The notes beneath the pieces were generated by a model. It made no database searches and was not told where the DNA came from. It saw nothing but the letters and a program-made list of their open reading frames with translations. Source: Blastocatellia bacterium (lineage in GTDB: Bacteria > Acidobacteriota > Blastocatellia > UBA7656). Taken from it: a stretch of DNA of 35,354 bases. Positions 26,300 through 35,354 of this stretch are shown piece by piece. A program made the position numbers and the translations under genes. Every line of letters begins with the position of its first letter. The stretch's first letter is position 1. The stretch lies in contig JADGNW010000297.1 in the NCBI GenBank assembly GCA_017883315.1, positions 1-35,354 of the forward strand, read 5' to 3'.

Positions 26300-27385
26300 A
26301 TGTACACCTCGCTCGCATCACTTCAGCAACTCTTCTCCAGGTACTCTCTTCCTGTTGCCCTTCGCCTGGGGCTGCTGATTGCGATATGCTCTTCGACAGC
26401 TTTCGCCCAAATCGGAGGTATCGATTCTGATCCCGGCGAACCTGGAACTGGCGGTGTCAATACGATACAGGGAAACATCTTTGTGCCTGGCGGTCGCCGA
26501 CTGGGTCTGCGGGCGCAGGTCAAGCTCCGCCCCGTAACCGGCGGCGCCGAACAGTATCAACTATCAGACGACAGCGGAGCGTTTTCATTCAGAAGACTGA
26601 CCGGCGGTTCGTACACTCTGATCATAGATGCTGGAAAGGACTACGAGGTCACAGTCGAATCGGTGGACATAATCCAGCCGGCCCGGCGTCGAGGTGACCC
26701 CGGCATTGTTGTGCCGGTGAACATCGAATTGAGACTGAAGTCGAATGTGAGTCCAGGCAAAGTAGGGACGGTTGATGCGTCGGGAGGCGGAGCCCCCGAA
26801 GCCGCAGTTGACCTCTACAAGCAAGCCGTTGAGTCTTCAAAGGCCGGCGATAGGAAGAAAGCCATAGAACAGTTGAAGCAGGCCGTCACGATATACCCAA
26901 ATTTCATGACCGCGCTGAACGAGCTGGGCGTTCAGTACATGGCTCTCCAGGAGTGGCGGAAGGCTGCCGAGGCTCTGCGTGCGGCGCTTAAGATCGGGCC
27001 CGAAGCTTTTCACCCGCGCCTCAACTACGGCATCGTGCTATTTCAGCTGAAGGATTATAAGGCGGCGGCCGCTGAGCTTCAGATTGCTGTTCAGAAGGAT
27101 AGCTCGTCGGTGGTGGCTCATTTCCAATTTGGCCGCGCTCTGGTTAACGTCGGCAATTACGACGCCGCTGAGAAGGAATTGAAACAGTCAATCAGCATCG
27201 ATGGCGGAGAATCCGCGGAAGCGCACCGATATCTGGGCGCGGTCTACATTGAAAAGCGCGACAGCGTGCGCGCCGCCGATGAGTTGGATGCGTACCTGAA
27301 GCTGGCGCCAAACGCGAAAGACGCGGATAGGATTCGAGCCATAATCAAGGATCTGCGTAGCCAGGCATCAGCGAAACATGGGTAG
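26300..27385 (+). CDS. Exported carboxypeptidase-regulatory-like domain + TPR protein
   Basis: AGGAGG RBS, signal peptide, SDDSGAFSFRRL..GSY, and about 5 TPR-like units (ALNELG, PRLNYG, AHFQFG, AHRYLG). Confidence 0.88.
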   Translation: MYTSLASLQQLFSRYSLPVALRLGLLIAICSSTAFAQIGGIDSDPGEPGTGGVNTIQGNIFVPGGRRLGLRAQVKLRPVTGGAEQYQLSDDSGAFSFRRLTGGSYTLIIDAGKDYEVTVESVDIIQPARRRGDPGIVVPVNIELRLKSNVSPGKVGTVDASGGGAPEAAVDLYKQAVESSKAGDRKKAIEQLKQAVTIYPNFMTALNELGVQYMALQEWRKAAEALRAALKIGPEAFHPRLNYGIVLFQLKDYKAAAAELQIAVQKDSSSVVAHFQFGRALVNVGNYDAAEKELKQSISIDGGESAEAHRYLGAVYIEKRDSVRAADELDAYLKLAPNAKDADRIRAIIKDLRSQASAKHG

Positions 27386-27432
27386 CACTGTTGTGTATTG
27401 GCGACTTACTCAGCCACACGCATCAACACGGT

Positions 27433-28533
27433 TCACATAACCGGCACGTTGGCCGGTAAGAAAAAGAACGCAATCGCGAAGATCAAGTAAACCGCCAGCA
27501 GCAGCACGCCCTCCATCCAGTTCGATTCTCCATCTGCCGCCACCAGGCTGACTATAGCCACGCCCAGCCCGACCGTTATCACCTCAAAAGTCGTGAACAG
27601 CAGATCCATCGGGCGTCCGAGCGCATAGCTCGCAAACACGAGCACCGGCGCGACCAACAGCGCGATCTGCATACTCGACCCCACCGCTATGTGATAAGCC
27701 AGGTCCATCTGATTCTTCATCGCCATCAGCACCGCAGTGCTGTGCTCGGCTGCGTTTCCGATGATCGCTACGGCTATTACTCCGACGAAGACCTCTGTAA
27801 GCCCGAGCGCTTTAGACGCCGGTTCAACAGCCCCGACCAACAACTCACTCATCCACGCTACCAGAGCCGTAGCGCCAAGCAACGTAGCGACGGCAGTTCT
27901 CGGACGCATCTTTGAAACATGCTCACGCGGCAGGCCCGGCCCAAGATAGAGCTCGCGGTGAGTCTTGAGAGAAAAGATCAGGCTTAGAATGTAGGTGACA
28001 AACAATACGATAGAAATCTCGAGACTCAGATTCCTTTCCGCGGTTCCCGAAGCCCCGTGGGTGACCCAGTGAAACAGCGCCGGCACCAGCAACGCAATCG
28101 CGCTCAACGCCATAAGCGTCGCGCTCATCGTCGCCGCAGCGCGGTTGAATTTCTGGCTTCGGTGCTTGAGTCCGCCGGCCAAAATGCTGGCGCCTAACAC
28201 AAGCAGGATGTTCCCGAGGATCGATCCCGTGAGCGATGCCTTGACCACTTCGGTCAAACCCGCGCGCAGACCCTGGAAGGCTATGATCATCTCGGCTGCG
28301 TTGCCGAAGGTTGCGTTCAACAATCCGCCGATCCCTGCGCCCATTCTTTCTGCGAGACTCTCCGTAGCCTTGCCCATCCAACCGGCGAGCGGAACGATCG
28401 CAAGCCCTGACGCGACAAATGTCCAGAGTTCCGGCGCGTGCAAATAATGGAGAATCGCGGCGACTGGAATGAAGATCAGCAGCAAGTCGAGGGCGTGCGC
28501 GATCAGGTGTTTATTGTTGGCGGGTTTCTTCAC
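27433..28533 (-). CDS. cax: Calcium/proton exchanger (CaCA family)
   Basis: Alpha-repeats [13 protein letters not shown] and [26 protein letters not shown]. Confidence 0.95.
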   Translation of the reverse strand: MKKPANNKHLIAHALDLLLIFIPVAAILHYLHAPELWTFVASGLAIVPLAGWMGKATESLAERMGAGIGGLLNATFGNAAEMIIAFQGLRAGLTEVVKASLTGSILGNILLVLGASILAGGLKHRSQKFNRAAATMSATLMALSAIALLVPALFHWVTHGASGTAERNLSLEISIVLFVTYILSLIFSLKTHRELYLGPGLPREHVSKMRPRTAVATLLGATALVAWMSELLVGAVEPASKALGLTEVFVGVIAVAIIGNAAEHSTAVLMAMKNQMDLAYHIAVGSSMQIALLVAPVLVFASYALGRPMDLLFTTFEVITVGLGVAIVSLVAADGESNWMEGVLLLAVYLIFAIAFFFLPANVPVM

Positions 28534-28549
28534 GAAGTTTGCGATTCAG

Positions 28550-28636
28550 AATAGAACACAGATAACACTGATGCAATTGATCGACGCAAATCTGATCCGT
28601 GTTGATCAGTTCAGTCCGCATCATCCGCGGTCTATT
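28550..28636. repeat. 87-nt imperfect palindrome (REP/MITE-like)
   Basis: 43-nt arms at 28550-28592 and 28594-28636 align without gaps; termini AATAGA/TCTATT; most mismatches are transitions. Confidence 0.75.
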
Positions 28637-30170
28637 TTCTGGCCTTTTCAATCGCCGCAGCCATCTGATCCATCATCTCGCGCTCGGTAAAAGCCATCCA
28701 CCCGTGACCCTTCCCGGCGCCGTAGATGATCTTCCCCTCGTAAGGCGGATTGGCTTTCGAAAGAAACGCGTCGAGCAAATGAACAGCATTGTTCAGGAAG
28801 TAATCGTCCGCTTCGCCAACCCAAATCGTGAGCTTGCCCCGCAGCTTCGGACCAAGCGTCTTCCAATTCTGCTCGAGCACCATTCGAAGATCATACTTCT
28901 TCCAATGCTCAGCCAGTTCGTGGTTGATCTTTCCCGTCTTCGGATCCCAAAGAGGCGCAGGGCGTCCGTCCGCGCCCCGAGGTCCGTACGTCGCATTCCA
29001 GGCGCCCCATTGCTCGCCCGACATCGTGTAGATGTCACCCAGGCCCATGACGTTTTCCATCTGGCACTCGTGACGAATCGTGAAGCGCACGTCACCGTTC
29101 AAGTCTCGAGCGCTGGGCCGTTCAAATCCGTGCTTGTTCACATACGCGTTCCCGTCCTCGTAGATGTTGATCAGTTGAAACGCGCGGAAGTCGACGCCGT
29201 CGGGAAACCCTGACCACGTTCCGTTGAAGAAATCCGGATAGAAGATCTGAAGCGCAAGCGAAACCCATCCGCCTGTCGAACCGCCATCGAGCACGCGAGC
29301 CCACGGCTGGCCGACGCAGTGAAACTTTTGTTCGACGTAAGGAATCAGCTCTTGCGTGATCGCGTCGCCGTACGGTCCGTTGTTGTCTGAGTTCACCTGA
29401 TAGCAATCGCCGTAAGGTCCATCACCATCAAGATACAGCAGGACCATTCGAGGTCTACCGTCCGCGAGCCAGGTAGTGCGGAAGCTCGAACCTTCTCTCA
29501 TCATCTGCCGCACCCCGGTGAAACGATCGCCATAACCGCCGATATGAACGCGCAATGGATACTGCCTGTTTTGGTCGGCGGTGAAACCTGTAGGTAAGAT
29601 CACGCCGGCTCGCAAGTACATTGGCCTCCCGTGAAACTTGCTTAGCAGAGCCGACTGAATCCTGACGTACTTGACGTACTCGGTGTCGGGAGGCAACTGC
29701 TCATCCGGGACCTTTTGTGTCAGCTCGATCTTCACCGCTGCCCCGCGAGCAGGATCGAGATGGACCCTTTGCGGTGGGCTGTACAGGTTGCCCGGCGCGT
29801 TCAACGATTTCAGATCAATGTTCGAATCGAACAAGGCTTGCACGTAGTAATCGCCGGCCGGAAGGTGTGCGAGGCTGTCGATTGGAAACGCAGCACACGT
29901 TTCATCGATTGTGCCCGTGACACCCTGGCCGAAGTTACGAATGTCACGAGCGAATACTGGCGAGGCGTCCAGACCGGTCTCGCCGATTGTGAGCCTCGGT
30001 TCCGGCTGGCTCTTCGGACTCATCACCACGAATAAGCGTCCGCTTTGCGGTGATGAAACCAGGGCCGGCGCGATTGTGACCTCAAATCTCAGTGACGAAG
30101 GCTGCGCACCGGGCGCCGCAGATGGGAGAAGCAGAATCAGACCGCCCACAAGAGCCGCTATCCTTTTCAT
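28632..30170 (-). CDS. Exported alpha/beta-hydrolase, putative esterase (Fes-like)
   Basis: Signal peptide, nucleophile elbow GGSTGG, NNGPYGDA...ELIPYVE, GEADD, GKGH. Likely ATG 30170 after GGAG. Confidence 0.85.
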   Translation of the reverse strand: MKRIAALVGGLILLLPSAAPGAQPSSLRFEVTIAPALVSSPQSGRLFVVMSPKSQPEPRLTIGETGLDASPVFARDIRNFGQGVTGTIDETCAAFPIDSLAHLPAGDYYVQALFDSNIDLKSLNAPGNLYSPPQRVHLDPARGAAVKIELTQKVPDEQLPPDTEYVKYVRIQSALLSKFHGRPMYLRAGVILPTGFTADQNRQYPLRVHIGGYGDRFTGVRQMMREGSSFRTTWLADGRPRMVLLYLDGDGPYGDCYQVNSDNNGPYGDAITQELIPYVEQKFHCVGQPWARVLDGGSTGGWVSLALQIFYPDFFNGTWSGFPDGVDFRAFQLINIYEDGNAYVNKHGFERPSARDLNGDVRFTIRHECQMENVMGLGDIYTMSGEQWGAWNATYGPRGADGRPAPLWDPKTGKINHELAEHWKKYDLRMVLEQNWKTLGPKLRGKLTIWVGEADDYFLNNAVHLLDAFLSKANPPYEGKIIYGAGKGHGWMAFTEREMMDQMAAAIEKARK

Positions 30171-30523
30171 CGATATGCTCCGCATTGTCAGATACGCGAC
30201 CTGATCAGGCCTTTACTCTGCCTTGAGCCGGCGGGTCCAGCGTTGCGTACTATTGCTTCGTTGGCGCCGCGCTCCCTTCGTCCGCTCGTCGAGGGTTTGG
30301 ATCCGTTTGGTCAGACTATTTTTATCACAGAACCGCTGTGACGATGAAGTGATGCCCACCCCCGACGAAGCGCGTTCGAGGACCCTTCAAGTTGAACGCT
30401 TCGAGACTTCAGCCGTTAGAGTCCTGGTCCTCGATCCAACATCGGCAGAGGCAAGACGAACAATCACGCCCGCCGCAGAGCTTTCTTAGTTGGAACTCAT
30501 CCTTTAATCTAATCATCTTTGAT

Positions 30524-32959
30524 ATGAACAAGCGTTTCGTTTGCATCCACGGCCACTTTTATCAGCCTCCGCGCGAGAATCCCTGGCTCGAAGACGTCGA
30601 GGTCGAGGACTCGGCCGCGCCCTATCACGACTGGAACGAGCGAATCACCACCGAGTGCTACGCCCCGAATGCTGTCTCCCGTATCCTCGACGGCAGCGGG
30701 AAGATTATCGAACTGGTCAATAACTACGAGAAGATGAGCTTTAACTTCGGGCCGACGCTCTTGTCGTGGCTCGAGAGACATCGCGGCGAGGTCTACAACG
30801 AAGTCATCGAAGCGGATCGCATCAGTCTTAGTGCCCACGCCGGACACGGCAATGCAATCGCTCAATGCTACAACCACGCGATCATGCCGCTGGCGTCGGA
30901 GCGCGACAAGCTGACGCAGGTTCGATGGGGAATTGCCGATTTCCAGTTCAGATTCGGCCGCAAGCCCGAAGGTATGTGGCTTCCCGAAACCGCAGTCGAC
31001 CTCGCGACGCTACAGGTTCTCGCCGAACACGACATCAGGTTCACCATCCTTTCTCCTCATCAAGCCGAAGCCGTTCGCGCACCGGGCGAGGACTGGCAAG
31101 ACGTGTCGCACCGCCGCATCGATCCTACTCGGGCTTATCGCTGCCCGCTCGAGAACGGAAAGCATATCGATCTGTTCTTCTACAATGCCCACGTGTCACA
31201 CGACATCTCTTTCGAGAGCTTGCTCAGAAGCGGTGACAGATTCGCTGAGCGATTGGCCTCCAGCTTTGATGATCGTCGCGACCATGCTCAATTGGTGAAC
31301 GTGGCGACGGACGGCGAAACCTTTGGCCATCATTCCAAGTTTGGCGAGATGGCCCTGGCTTACGCGATCGGCAAGATCGAGCGTGAAGGGATCGCGCGAA
31401 TAATGAACTACGGCGAGTATCTCGCGCTGCACCCGCCAACGCACGAAGTAAAGATAAGCGAGAACACTTCGTGGAGCTGCGGGCACGGCGTCGAACGCTG
31501 GCGAAGTGACTGCGGCTGCAATAGCGGCAACACGCATTGCCATCAGCGCTGGAGAGGACCGTTGCGGCAGGCGCTGGATTGGCTTCGAGCAAAGCTCGAC
31601 ATAGTCTTCGAACACGAGGGTTCGGTCTTCTTGAAAGACGTGTGGATGGCACTCGATGACTACATCTTTCTTATGCTTGACCGCTCGGCTCAAGCTCGCG
31701 AAGCGTTTCTGGATATGCACGCTCGGCGTCAATTGTCGGAAGTCGACAGGGTCAATGTCTGGCGCTTGCTTGAAATGCAACGGCACGCTGCGTTGATGTA
31801 TACAAGCTGCGGCTGGTTCTTCGATGACATATCCAACATCGAAACCGTTAAGAACATCGAGTACGCGGCGAGGGCGATTCAGCTTGCGCGTGAGGCATCG
31901 GGCACCGATCTGGAGCCACAATTCATCGCGAATCTCGAGAAGGTGCCCGGCAGCAAGCCTCAGCTTTCCGATGGCGCGAAGGTCTATGACCAACTGGTGA
32001 AGCCTTCAATTACCAACCTCAAGAAGGGCCTGGCGCACTACGGAATCAGCTCGCTGGTGGAAGAGTACGCGCCCGAGCAACGAATCTTCTCATTCGAATT
32101 TGATCGTCAGGACTACCGTCGCGAGAAAACCCTTGGGCGAACGCTCGCGATGGGAGCTGTCAACGTGCGTTCTGAGATAGCCCGAGAACAGTTTGAAGGG
32201 ATGTTCGTTGTGCTGCACCTGGGCGGCTACGATTTTCACTGCGCGGTCCGCGAGCGCTTGTCTGCTGATGAGTATGAAAAGCTAATAGAAACGTTATTTC
32301 GCAGCTTCAACGAAGACTCAACTCGAAACCTGTTACGCGCGATCGATGCCGGCGTCGACGGCGACAGTTTCGCGCTCAAAGATCTGTTCGACGATGAGCG
32401 CAGAAAGATCGGCCGGCTGCTTTTGGGAGACGCATTGGAGCGATCCCGCGATCACTACCGGCGCATCTACGAAGAGAGCCGCGATGTGATGAGGCTGCTT
32501 GCGAGCATGAAGATTCCGGTGCCCGATAGTTTGAAAAAGCCGGCAGAGTACGTGCTGAGTCAGAGGCTCGATCAGGCATGCTCGGAGCTGAAGAGTGAAG
32601 CACGCTCAGAGGCGCAACTCAGCGAGGCGGCGGCTTCCATCTTGCGGGAAGCTGAATCGCTCGGCTGCGAGGTTGACCTCTCAGGCTTGAAAGGCGCGCT
32701 CGAAGAGTTTGTGCATTCCAGCCTCGTCGCGTATCGCGCGCATCGCGATGAAGCAAAAGCCGAATCGGCGATTCATTTCCTGCGACTCGCCGAGCAATTG
32801 GGTGTCAGTCTCGATTTGTGGCGATCGCAGAATCTGTTTTGGGCGCTCCTAGATGAGTCTGACGAGGAGATTGTAACCGCCACAGCATTAATTGTTGAGT
32901 TGCGCGACAGACTCAGTTTCAGTGAGCGAACGGCTCGCACAAGGCTTCTCGGTATTTAG
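30524..32959 (+). CDS. Glycoside hydrolase family 57 / DUF3536 protein
   Basis: IHGHFYQPPRENPW, SFNFGPTLL, YNHAIMPL, GMWLPET, ATDGETFGHH, SWSC.HGVERW, LMYTSCGWFFD. Likely ATG 30524. Confidence 0.93.
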   Translation: MNKRFVCIHGHFYQPPRENPWLEDVEVEDSAAPYHDWNERITTECYAPNAVSRILDGSGKIIELVNNYEKMSFNFGPTLLSWLERHRGEVYNEVIEADRISLSAHAGHGNAIAQCYNHAIMPLASERDKLTQVRWGIADFQFRFGRKPEGMWLPETAVDLATLQVLAEHDIRFTILSPHQAEAVRAPGEDWQDVSHRRIDPTRAYRCPLENGKHIDLFFYNAHVSHDISFESLLRSGDRFAERLASSFDDRRDHAQLVNVATDGETFGHHSKFGEMALAYAIGKIEREGIARIMNYGEYLALHPPTHEVKISENTSWSCGHGVERWRSDCGCNSGNTHCHQRWRGPLRQALDWLRAKLDIVFEHEGSVFLKDVWMALDDYIFLMLDRSAQAREAFLDMHARRQLSEVDRVNVWRLLEMQRHAALMYTSCGWFFDDISNIETVKNIEYAARAIQLAREASGTDLEPQFIANLEKVPGSKPQLSDGAKVYDQLVKPSITNLKKGLAHYGISSLVEEYAPEQRIFSFEFDRQDYRREKTLGRTLAMGAVNVRSEIAREQFEGMFVVLHLGGYDFHCAVRERLSADEYEKLIETLFRSFNEDSTRNLLRAIDAGVDGDSFALKDLFDDERRKIGRLLLGDALERSRDHYRRIYEESRDVMRLLASMKIPVPDSLKKPAEYVLSQRLDQACSELKSEARSEAQLSEAAASILREAESLGCEVDLSGLKGALEEFVHSSLVAYRAHRDEAKAESAIHFLRLAEQLGVSLDLWRSQNLFWALLDESDEEIVTATALIVELRDRLSFSERTARTRLLGI

Positions 32960-32984
32960 GGTTAAGCGCAATCTAAGCGCATGC

Positions 32985-33233
32985 TCATGATGGCTGCTCA
33001 CTGTACGTGCCGTAGTCGACGGTTAGTTCTTCGCCCGGCTCGATATCTCTCAACGCGAAGAACTCATAGTCCTCGTTTCAACGCACGTTGGGCTTCTGTG
33101 AACCGTTAGGCTCGTTTAGATACCAAGAGATTCTCAAGCGGTTAAAATTCTTAGGGCAGCCAAAGCGCGTTTCGCCTTCCCCATCTGTATCTACTTCGAC
33201 TGGCACGCCGCTCTTCTTTACGCAGCAAACCAT
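32985..33233 (-). pseudogene. SET-domain protein remnant with an in-frame TGA
   Basis: My translation: MVCCVKK...GCPKNFNRLRISWYLNEP...KPNVR*NEDYEFFALRDIEPGEELTVDYGTYSEQPS*. ALRDI..GEELTVDY is the SET signature. TGA at 33080-33078. The N-terminal half is missing. Absent from the ORF track. Confidence 0.8.
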
Positions 33234-33308
33234 CTGTCATAGAATCTCGACAGCGATGTGAGAACGTGCTGCGTGAACGAATTAACTTAACAGAGAAAAG
33301 GACGAGAC

Positions 33309-33716
33309 ATGAGCCACGCTAACCAAGCGTTGACAGACGCGATCGCGGCCGCTGAGCGCCTGCCATTGAAACTACAACGTCATCTGGCGGAACAACTGCT
33401 GGCAAAGACTGCTCGGAAGCACACAACCGTCACGGTGCGCCTTCAGCGCCTTCCTCACGAACAGCAAACCCGTCTTGCTGAACTCATGGACAAGTGCAAC
33501 GAGGGTAAGGTTAGTCTATCAGAGCAAGCGGAACTCACTAGAATTGGTTCAGAAGTGGATGAGCTGATGTTGGCTAACTCTGTAGCGTTAGCCCGCGCCC
33601 TCCGACCAGAGCTCTTCGACGCGAAGGGGAGAACTGTTACGAGTCGTATTCGACAAGCGGCTGGGCAGCAGTCGTCCAAAGTTGGACATACCAACCGGGA
33701 GAAGACGCACAGGTGA
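33309..33716 (+). CDS. Hypothetical protein, antitoxin-like partner of the HNH gene
   Basis: 135 aa, QQTRLAELMDKCNEGKVSLSEQAEL helical motif; its stop overlaps the HNH start (GTGA). Confidence 0.7.
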   Translation: MSHANQALTDAIAAAERLPLKLQRHLAEQLLAKTARKHTTVTVRLQRLPHEQQTRLAELMDKCNEGKVSLSEQAELTRIGSEVDELMLANSVALARALRPELFDAKGRTVTSRIRQAAGQQSSKVGHTNREKTHR

Positions 33717-34130
33717 CTTCGAGCGTCACTCCCGCTTTGGCCACCCAGGTAAGAGCACGCGCGGTCGGGCGCTGTGAGTACTGTCACGCTCCGCAAATCC
33801 TCATCGGACAAGCATTCCATATTGATCACATAGTGCCGAGATCGGTTGGTGGACAAACGGCAAGCGCGAATCTCTGTCTGGCTTGCTCGCACTGCAACAT
33901 AGCCAAGGGCAATCAAACGCATGCGAGAGATTCTCGCACAGGCAGAGTCGTGTCACTGTTCAATCCACGCGCAGAGTTTTTGGGAAACGCACTTTCGCTG
34001 GAGTTCAGACTGGACAAGACTGATTGGTCGGAATGCTGTAGGACGAGCCACGGTGGCGGCTTTGAATATGAACGCATCCATTCTCAAGCGTGCCAGACCC
34101 TACTGGCGCGTTGTGGGTTTCATTCCCTAG
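33713..34130 (+). pseudogene. HNH endonuclease with a single-base frameshift
   Basis: RCEYC...HIDHIVP...GG....NLCLACSHCNIAKG...LFNPR in one frame continues as WETHFRWS...GRATVAALNMN in the next. Deleting one T of the T5 run at 33977-33981 gives a continuous 138-aa protein. Confidence 0.85.
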
Positions 34131-35354
34131 CAGATTTCTCCTCTTGTTCCTGGCGCTGAGGTTTTAGCACAACCACTGCAAGCGGAGGCAACGTCAGCTC
34201 AAGAAGGCACGGCCAGCCGGCCCATTCCTCAGCTCTTGCCGTCACGCCGCCTTGATTTCCCATGTTGCTTCCCCCGTACGATGACGAATCGCTGTTCAGC
34301 ACCTCTTTGTAGAACACTTCTTCAGGCACTCCCAAGCGATACCCCGATCGCGGCACCGGCGTGAAGTTCAAAGCAAAGATCAAGTAATCGTCTTCGTTCT
34401 TCGCTTTGCGCATGAACGCGATCGTGCTGCCCTCGGCGTCGTGAAAGTCGAGCCATTGAAAACCCGCCGAGTCGAAATCAACTTCATAGAGCGAAGGCTC
34501 GCTCGAGTAAAGACGATTCAGGTCCTTCACATACTCTTGGATCTGGCGGTGCGAGTCGTAATCAAGCAGATGCCAGTCGAGACTGCGCTGATGATTCCAC
34601 TCGATCCACTGGCCGAACTCGCCGCCCATAAACAAAAGCTTCTTGCCGGGATGCCCGTACATGTAGCCATACAGCGCGCGCAGGTTTGCGAATTTCTGCC
34701 AAACGTCGCCAGGCATCTTGTCTAACAGCGAGCGCTTGCCATGAACAACCTCATCGTGAGAAAGCGGCAGCACGAAGTTCTCGCTAAACGCATACATCAA
34801 GCTGAAAGTCAGCTTGCCCTGATGATACTTTCGATAGAGCGGATCGGTAGCGAAGTACTTGAGCGTGTCGTTCATCCAGCCCATGTTCCATTTGAAATCA
34901 AACCCGAGACCTCCGTCATGAGTCGGCCGCGAAACCAGAGGCCAGGCCGTCGACTCTTCCGCGAACGTGATCGCGCCCGGATGCTGCTCGTGAACCAACT
35001 CGTTGAACTTCTTGACGAAGTTGACCGCTTCGAGGTTCTCGCGTCCGCCGTAAATATTCGGCAGCCAGCGGCCCTCCTTGCGCGAGTAATCGAGATACAG
35101 CATCGATGCAACAGCATCAACTCTCAGCCCGTCGATGTGATACTTCTCAAGCCAGAAGAGCGCGTTGCCGAGCAGATAATTTCTAACTTCGTTGCGTTCG
35201 TAGTTGAAGATCAGCGTGCCCCAATCCTGATGCTCGCCTTTGCGAGGGTCTGCGTATTCGTACAAATGAGTTCCGTCGAAGTAGGCCAGTCCGTGCCCGT
35301 CTTTTGGGAAATGAGCCGGCACCCAATCGAGGATTACGCCTACGCCATTGCGGT
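34120..35354 (-). CDS. glgB: 1,4-alpha-glucan branching enzyme (3' portion; start outside window)
   Basis: [65 protein letters not shown]. The frame is open to the window edge. Confidence 0.97.
   Translation of the reverse strand, partial: RNGVGVILDWVPAHFPKDGHGLAYFDGTHLYEYADPRKGEHQDWGTLIFNYERNEVRNYLLGNALFWLEKYHIDGLRVDAVASMLYLDYSRKEGRWLPNIYGGRENLEAVNFVKKFNELVHEQHPGAITFAEESTAWPLVSRPTHDGGLGFDFKWNMGWMNDTLKYFATDPLYRKYHQGKLTFSLMYAFSENFVLPLSHDEVVHGKRSLLDKMPGDVWQKFANLRALYGYMYGHPGKKLLFMGGEFGQWIEWNHQRSLDWHLLDYDSHRQIQEYVKDLNRLYSSEPSLYEVDFDSAGFQWLDFHDAEGSTIAFMRKAKNEDDYLIFALNFTPVPRSGYRLGVPEEVFYKEVLNSDSSSYGGSNMGNQGGVTARAEEWAGWPCLLELTLPPLAVVVLKPQRQEQEEKSARE

Noticed and set aside
30190-30520. 88-aa ORF or a c-di-GMP-II-like RNA between the esterase and GH57 genes
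   Set aside because: The ORF has no RBS or motif, and the riboswitch resemblance is limited to a few nucleotides without the required stems.
1-35354. tRNA, rRNA, integrase or transposase genes
   Set aside because: No cloverleaf or rRNA-like stretch and no recombinase or DDE motifs were recognised by eye.

Overview
GC-rich bacterial chromosomal segment, most consistent with Acidobacteriota (Blastocatellia-like), inferred from two Oar-type TonB-dependent receptors, a CarboxypepD_reg-TPR protein and an HYR-repeat surface enzyme. About 26 protein-coding loci. Left to right: C-terminus of a DUF4365-like nuclease-domain protein, YceH/DUF480, a secreted hypothetical, tandem Usp, a LytS/LytTR two-component pair, a signal-peptide JAB/MPN-motif protein, TonB-dependent receptor 1, a large secreted EEP nuclease, PilZ, pdxH, pta, a hypothetical, a double-YHS protein, cyclophilin, MFS, TonB-dependent receptor 2, three exported proteins (one with a SAM-methyltransferase fold), a Ca2+/H+ exchanger, an esterase, GH57/DUF3536, a small accessory insert (SET-domain remnant, partner gene, frameshifted HNH) and the 3' part of glgB. 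No rRNA, tRNA, CRISPR array or transposase was seen. The main result is a candidate local LytTR regulon readable from the DNA: 21-bp-period direct-repeat boxes lie upstream of the kinase, the exported JAB protein and receptor 1, and the latter two promoters have a -10 hexamer at the same offset. All family calls come from motif recognition by eye, not database searches.
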